From the NCBI GenBank assembly GCA_002269645.1, contig NIVC01000249.1:62001-126000 (forward strand): a stretch of DNA of 64,000 bases, given 5' to 3'. Below are positions 63,001 to 64,000 of the stretch, piece by piece. Source of the DNA: Macrostomum lignano. Its lineage: Eukaryota. The position numbers were made by a program, and so were the translations under genes. Under the pieces are notes generated by a model, which was not told where the DNA came from, searched no databases, and saw only the letters and a list, made by a program, of their open reading frames with translations. Numbering within the stretch: position 1 is the stretch's first letter; each line of letters opens with the position of its first letter.

Positions 63001-64000
63001 AGTGGCCAAAGTGTGCAACTTGTTAACTTGCTAATGAATCAGTAAAATGTACCGGCTGCTGTTAATTCAAGGGCATTCAAAGGCACGGTGCAGTTGCTAA
63101 GAATGTTTCTTAGAAAAGAAATTAGAGAATTAGTAGGATATGTTTCTTAGAAAAGTAATATGTTTCTTGGAGACACAATGTTTCTTAAAAAAGTAATATG
63201 TTTCTTGGAGACGCAATTTTTCTTAGAAAAGGAGACCACAACAATATGTTTCTTAGAAAATTAATGTTTCTTACAAAGAAAAGGAATGTTTCTTAAAAAA
63301 TATGTTTGTTAGAAAATGAATAATTCTTACAAAACAATATGTTTCTTAGAAATACATTATGTTACTTAGAAAAGAAATGTGTTTCTTAGAAAAAAATATG
63401 ATTCTTAGAAAGGAAAAATGTTTCCTAGAAAAGGAATATGATTCTTGGAAAGGAAATATGTTTCTTAGAAAGATGAACGCTTCTTAGATAAGAAATGTGT
63501 TTCTTGGAAAAGGAATATGTTTCTTAGAAAAGAAGTTTCTTAGATAAAGAATATAGTTCTTGGAAAATCTCTCACCAGCGGCGAAGTCCAGCCAGAAGAG
63601 GCCTTCCGGATCTCCGGACTCGATTCTATACGCCAAACTGTTCTCCGAGCTGCCAGCATCGGCCGTCACCATGGCAACCAAACCGTCCACCGGCACCGCC
63701 TCGGAGATTCGAACTCGGCGCCTGTCGGACGGCCGATATGCCGGCCCGGCCTGCGGAGCCACCAGGACGGTTGCCATGGCAACTGCGTTTTTCGCCGGCC
63801 TTCCGGAATCTGAGCAGGAGACGCTGAGCTCAAAAACGCCGACAACAGACGAGCCGGCGCCCCCCAGCCGCAGGCTGATGGCTCCGCTCGTAGCGTCGAT
63901 GCTGAAGACGCCGTCACCGACGCCACTGCTGACGCCGAAGACGCGGCCGACGCTGGTCACGCTGACGATCGAGTAGGTCACGGTGCCGTTCTCGCCGTAG
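20727..64000 (-). CDS. FAT1/FAT3-like: Fat-like giant atypical cadherin (Fat1/2/3 - Drosophila Fat2/kugelei type), 3' portion; 5' end beyond the window
   Basis: 16 exons: >64000-63576, 52481-52360, 52198-51282, 50973-50137, 49728-48333 (frameshift near 48560), 32687-32295, 30973-30474, 28695-28456, 28048-27494, 27139-26735, 26464-26250, 25887-25441, 24981-24733, 24634-24295, 24043-23605, 21508-20727. All junction phases agree. Cadherin motifs LDRE/LDYE, DxND, DxD; Fat-type TARVAFLSPR segment; one LamG; five EGF-like repeats; TM; cytoplasmic GFHWDTSDW matching the Fat1/3 YHWDTSDW hallmark. Confidence 0.92.
21765..22555. repeat. 23-bp minisatellite
   Basis: GAGTGGCGCCAAAATCTAATTTA. Confidence 0.96.
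22786..23595. repeat. 18-bp minisatellite
   Basis: GAGTGAGTGACACAATCG. Confidence 0.96.
24052..24232. repeat. 33-bp minisatellite filling Fat-like intron w14
   Basis: GTGCAGGTTGGGGTGGCGGGTGATTGTCTAGGG. Confidence 0.95.
24295..25887 (-). CDS. Fat-like exons w12-w14 (25887-25441, 24981-24733, 24634-24295): end of LamG, EGF repeats, TM
   Basis: GGGFTGCL; CQNAGAC..CDCRPPFAGRQCE; CLNGGTC; CQHGGRC; EDVDEC (Ca-binding EGF); TM LVAISGASAIILLLALMVFLCVSCCL followed by RRRQRR. Confidence 0.9.
25045..25430. repeat. 20-bp minisatellite (same unit as 26560-26634)
   Basis: GACACTATGACCCTCTCAGT. Confidence 0.96.
26046..26140. repeat. Dispersed repeat copy 2 (shared with 17055-17160)
   Basis: Same blocks as copy 1. 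Confidence 0.75.
26250..27139 (-). CDS. Fat-like exons w10 (27139-26735) and w11 (26464-26250): Fat-specific region and start of laminin G domain
   Basis: TARVAFLSPRF...LRLELRTVQ / ...VSDGQWHLVEL (LamG signature). Confidence 0.85.
26560..26634. repeat. 20-bp minisatellite (same unit as 25045-25430)
   Basis: GACACTATGACCCTCTCAGT, ~4 copies. Confidence 0.9.
27281..27460. repeat. 12-bp minisatellite
   Basis: TGACCCATCTCC. Confidence 0.94.
27494..28695 (-). CDS. Fat-like exons w8 (28695-28456) and w9 (28048-27494): last cadherin repeats and Fat-specific membrane-proximal region
   Basis: IRVTDRDLPGTGGPPFLWTIVEGD...; VRSNVAPPRL...GAVAIRI...DDVQLLGIQ; phase-0 junctions. Confidence 0.85.
28086..28264. 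repeat. 12-bp minisatellite, reverse complement of 27281-27460
   Basis: GGGATGGGTCAR. Confidence 0.94.
28745..29350. repeat. CT-rich low-complexity tract
   Basis: TCTCC/TCTTC units. Confidence 0.93.
29905..30447. repeat. Degenerate ~18-bp A-rich minisatellite with ATGAGTCAT core
   Basis: ATGAGTCATAAGAAGGAA. Confidence 0.88.
30474..30973 (-). CDS. Fat-like exon w7, cadherin repeats
   Basis: LDYERQSLY...VLDENDNSPVF...ATDADSGENS...VLDENDCRPQF. Confidence 0.92.
31105..31595. repeat. 32-bp minisatellite with ATGAGTCAT core
   Basis: GAATGAGTCATCAAGCAGATAGTTGGGTCATA. Confidence 0.94.
31893..32285. repeat. 33-bp minisatellite
   Basis: TATCTAACAGACACCCAATAGCTATCTAACAGA. Confidence 0.95.
32295..32687 (-). 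CDS. Fat-like exon w6, cadherin repeats
   Basis: FRVDPQTGLV...LDRE...ARDSGQPP...VMDVNDNPPVF. Confidence 0.92.
33335..33450. repeat. 20-bp tandem repeat
   Basis: GAGATGCAGAGAGGCTGRTA. Confidence 0.85.
34845..35535. repeat. 23-bp minisatellite with 230-bp higher-order duplication
   Basis: GACTGGGAGATGAAGGTCTGGGA; block starting 34881 recurs at 35111. Confidence 0.95.
36415..38042. repeat. 16-bp minisatellite (1.6 kb)
   Basis: GATCCCASATCCWAGA. Confidence 0.97.
40195..40550. repeat. 16-bp minisatellite
   Basis: GAAATTTAGGTCCTAT. Confidence 0.92.
40855..41303. repeat. 18-bp minisatellite with 162-bp higher-order duplication
   Basis: GATAGCAAGCATCCCCCA. Confidence 0.94.
41948..42292. repeat. 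~19-bp minisatellite
   Basis: GCTACCYTTGAAGGGAGRM. Confidence 0.9.
43075..43590. repeat. Degenerate ~34-bp minisatellite
   Basis: GATGGGATCTTTGGGAGATTTCGAATATTACATTT. Confidence 0.88.
44720..45383. repeat. 29-bp minisatellite
   Basis: TCTTAACGCTGGATGCTGAGGTGCCGAAG. Confidence 0.96.
46128..46420. repeat. Degenerate 21-bp minisatellite
   Basis: CCAAAATGGTTGTCAAGGGTG. Confidence 0.8.
47055..48150. repeat. Adjacent 20-bp (47055-47638) and 29-bp (47639-48150) minisatellites
   Basis: TGTGTCAGATGGTGTCAACT; GTCAGATAGTTCAGATGGGGTCAGGTGAG. Confidence 0.95.
48333..49728 (-). CDS. Fat-like exon w5, cadherin repeats; 1-nt frameshift at the T7 run 48559-48565
   Basis: RRRLDRES...VLDVNDQP...LNGSLDREAE; a second frame continues IDVLDENDCSPEF...VRAVDRDA to a GTGAGT donor at 48332. 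Confidence 0.85.
49845..50115. repeat. 22-bp minisatellite, Fat-like intron w4
   Basis: GTCAGCTGGGTCAGGTGAGAGR. Confidence 0.94.
50137..50973 (-). CDS. Fat-like exon w4, cadherin repeats
   Basis: LDSSTGELTLRSALDRERE...VANINDNLPHF...ARDAD. Confidence 0.88.
51014..51255. promoter_or_regulatory. Intronic cluster of RFX X-box-like palindromes within a ~46-bp degenerate repeat
   Basis: GTTGTTAAACAAC 51014, GTTGCCAAGTGAC 51057, GTTGCTAAGCAAC 51103 and 51243, ATTGCTAAGTGAC 51150. Confidence 0.45.
51282..52481 (-). CDS. Fat-like exons w2 (52481-52360) and w3 (52198-51282), cadherin repeats
   Basis: GALRLAAKLSYE...; LRLRRRLDFETRRHH...VVNSNDWPPRF...LRARDPD. Confidence 0.88.
52483..52897. repeat. (GGAAT)n pentamer satellite abutting the exon w2 acceptor
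   Basis: GGAAT with GGATT/GGACT variants. Confidence 0.97.
53427..53440. promoter_or_regulatory. Consensus RFX X-box in Fat-like intron w1
   Basis: GTTGCTATGGAGAC. Confidence 0.45.
53690..54290. repeat. CT-rich degenerate repeat
   Basis: ATTCTCCCCATCTCTCTC units. Confidence 0.88.
55395..56355. repeat. 28-bp G-rich minisatellite containing TTAGGG
   Basis: GTGATTTAGGGAGGGTGCTGTGAAGGGG. Confidence 0.96.
56925..57800. repeat. 21-bp minisatellite
   Basis: ACCAGTGAATCTCATTCTCCC. Confidence 0.97.
58400..60600. repeat. 2.2-kb CT-rich 10-12-bp satellite
   Basis: TCTMTCTCCCAC. Confidence 0.97.
61330..61396. repeat. ~70-bp direct repeat, copy 1 (copy 2 at 62411-62480)
   Basis: ATAATTGCCYAATTAACTCATCAAG...AAGCTTTATTTGCATACAAGCGGAAT. 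Confidence 0.8.
61412..62285. repeat. 30-bp minisatellite
   Basis: CTGAGATGTCAAGGCTGACAGGGGGAATTG. Confidence 0.96.
62411..62480. repeat. ~70-bp direct repeat, copy 2
   Basis: Near-identical to 61330-61396. Confidence 0.8.
63105..63572. repeat. Degenerate ~20-bp A/T-rich minisatellite with TTCTTAGAA core
   Basis: TATGTTTCTTAGAAAAGGAA. Confidence 0.88.
63576..64000 (-). CDS. Fat-like exon w1 (cadherin repeats)
   Basis: YGENGTVTYSI...FSIDATSGAISL...SDSGRP...LAYRIESGDPEGLFWLD; GTGAGA donor at 63575. Confidence 0.9.

Noticed and set aside
20727-64000. Calling the cadherin Fat4/ft, Dachsous or CELSR
   Set aside because: A single LamG followed by EGFs, one TM and the FHWDTSDW tail fit the Fat1/2/3-kugelei class; no 7TM/GAIN (CELSR); Dachsous lacks LamG/EGF.

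Overview
Eukaryotic, intron-rich genomic DNA: GC-rich exons containing poly-Ala/Gln/Gly runs, and introns packed with micro- and minisatellites. This style strongly suggests the flatworm Macrostomum lignano (inference). Spliced models rebuilt by hand, with consistent GT-AG phases, give five genes. (A) An unknown secreted protein on the minus strand (1116 to <1, runs off the window). (B) A 142-aa secreted Ala/Thr/Pro-rich protein on the minus strand (3560-2304). (C) A 124-aa secreted, very basic protein on the plus strand (3826-6417), head-to-head with B and apparently paralogous to A. (D) A complete eva-1/EVA1C-like receptor on the plus strand (7387-18299): signal peptide, two SUEL/Gal-lectin domains, TM, ~574 aa. 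(E) The 3' ~8.3 kb of coding sequence (16 exons, >64000-20727, minus strand) of a Fat1/2/3 (Fat-like/kugelei)-type giant cadherin: cadherin repeats, LamG, EGFs, TM and the FHWDTSDW tail motif, with a 1-nt frameshift in a T7 run. Almost all long ORFs in the supplied track are tandem-repeat artefacts. Most striking observations: (1) eight near-perfect RFX X-box palindromes embedded in the cadherin coding exons, plus an X-box tandem cluster in one intron; (2) a cluster of small secreted proteins I cannot assign to a family; (3) a symmetric exon bracketed by the same minisatellite in inverted orientation; (4) nearly every intron carrying its own minisatellite, with unit lengths clustering near multiples of ~10.5 bp.
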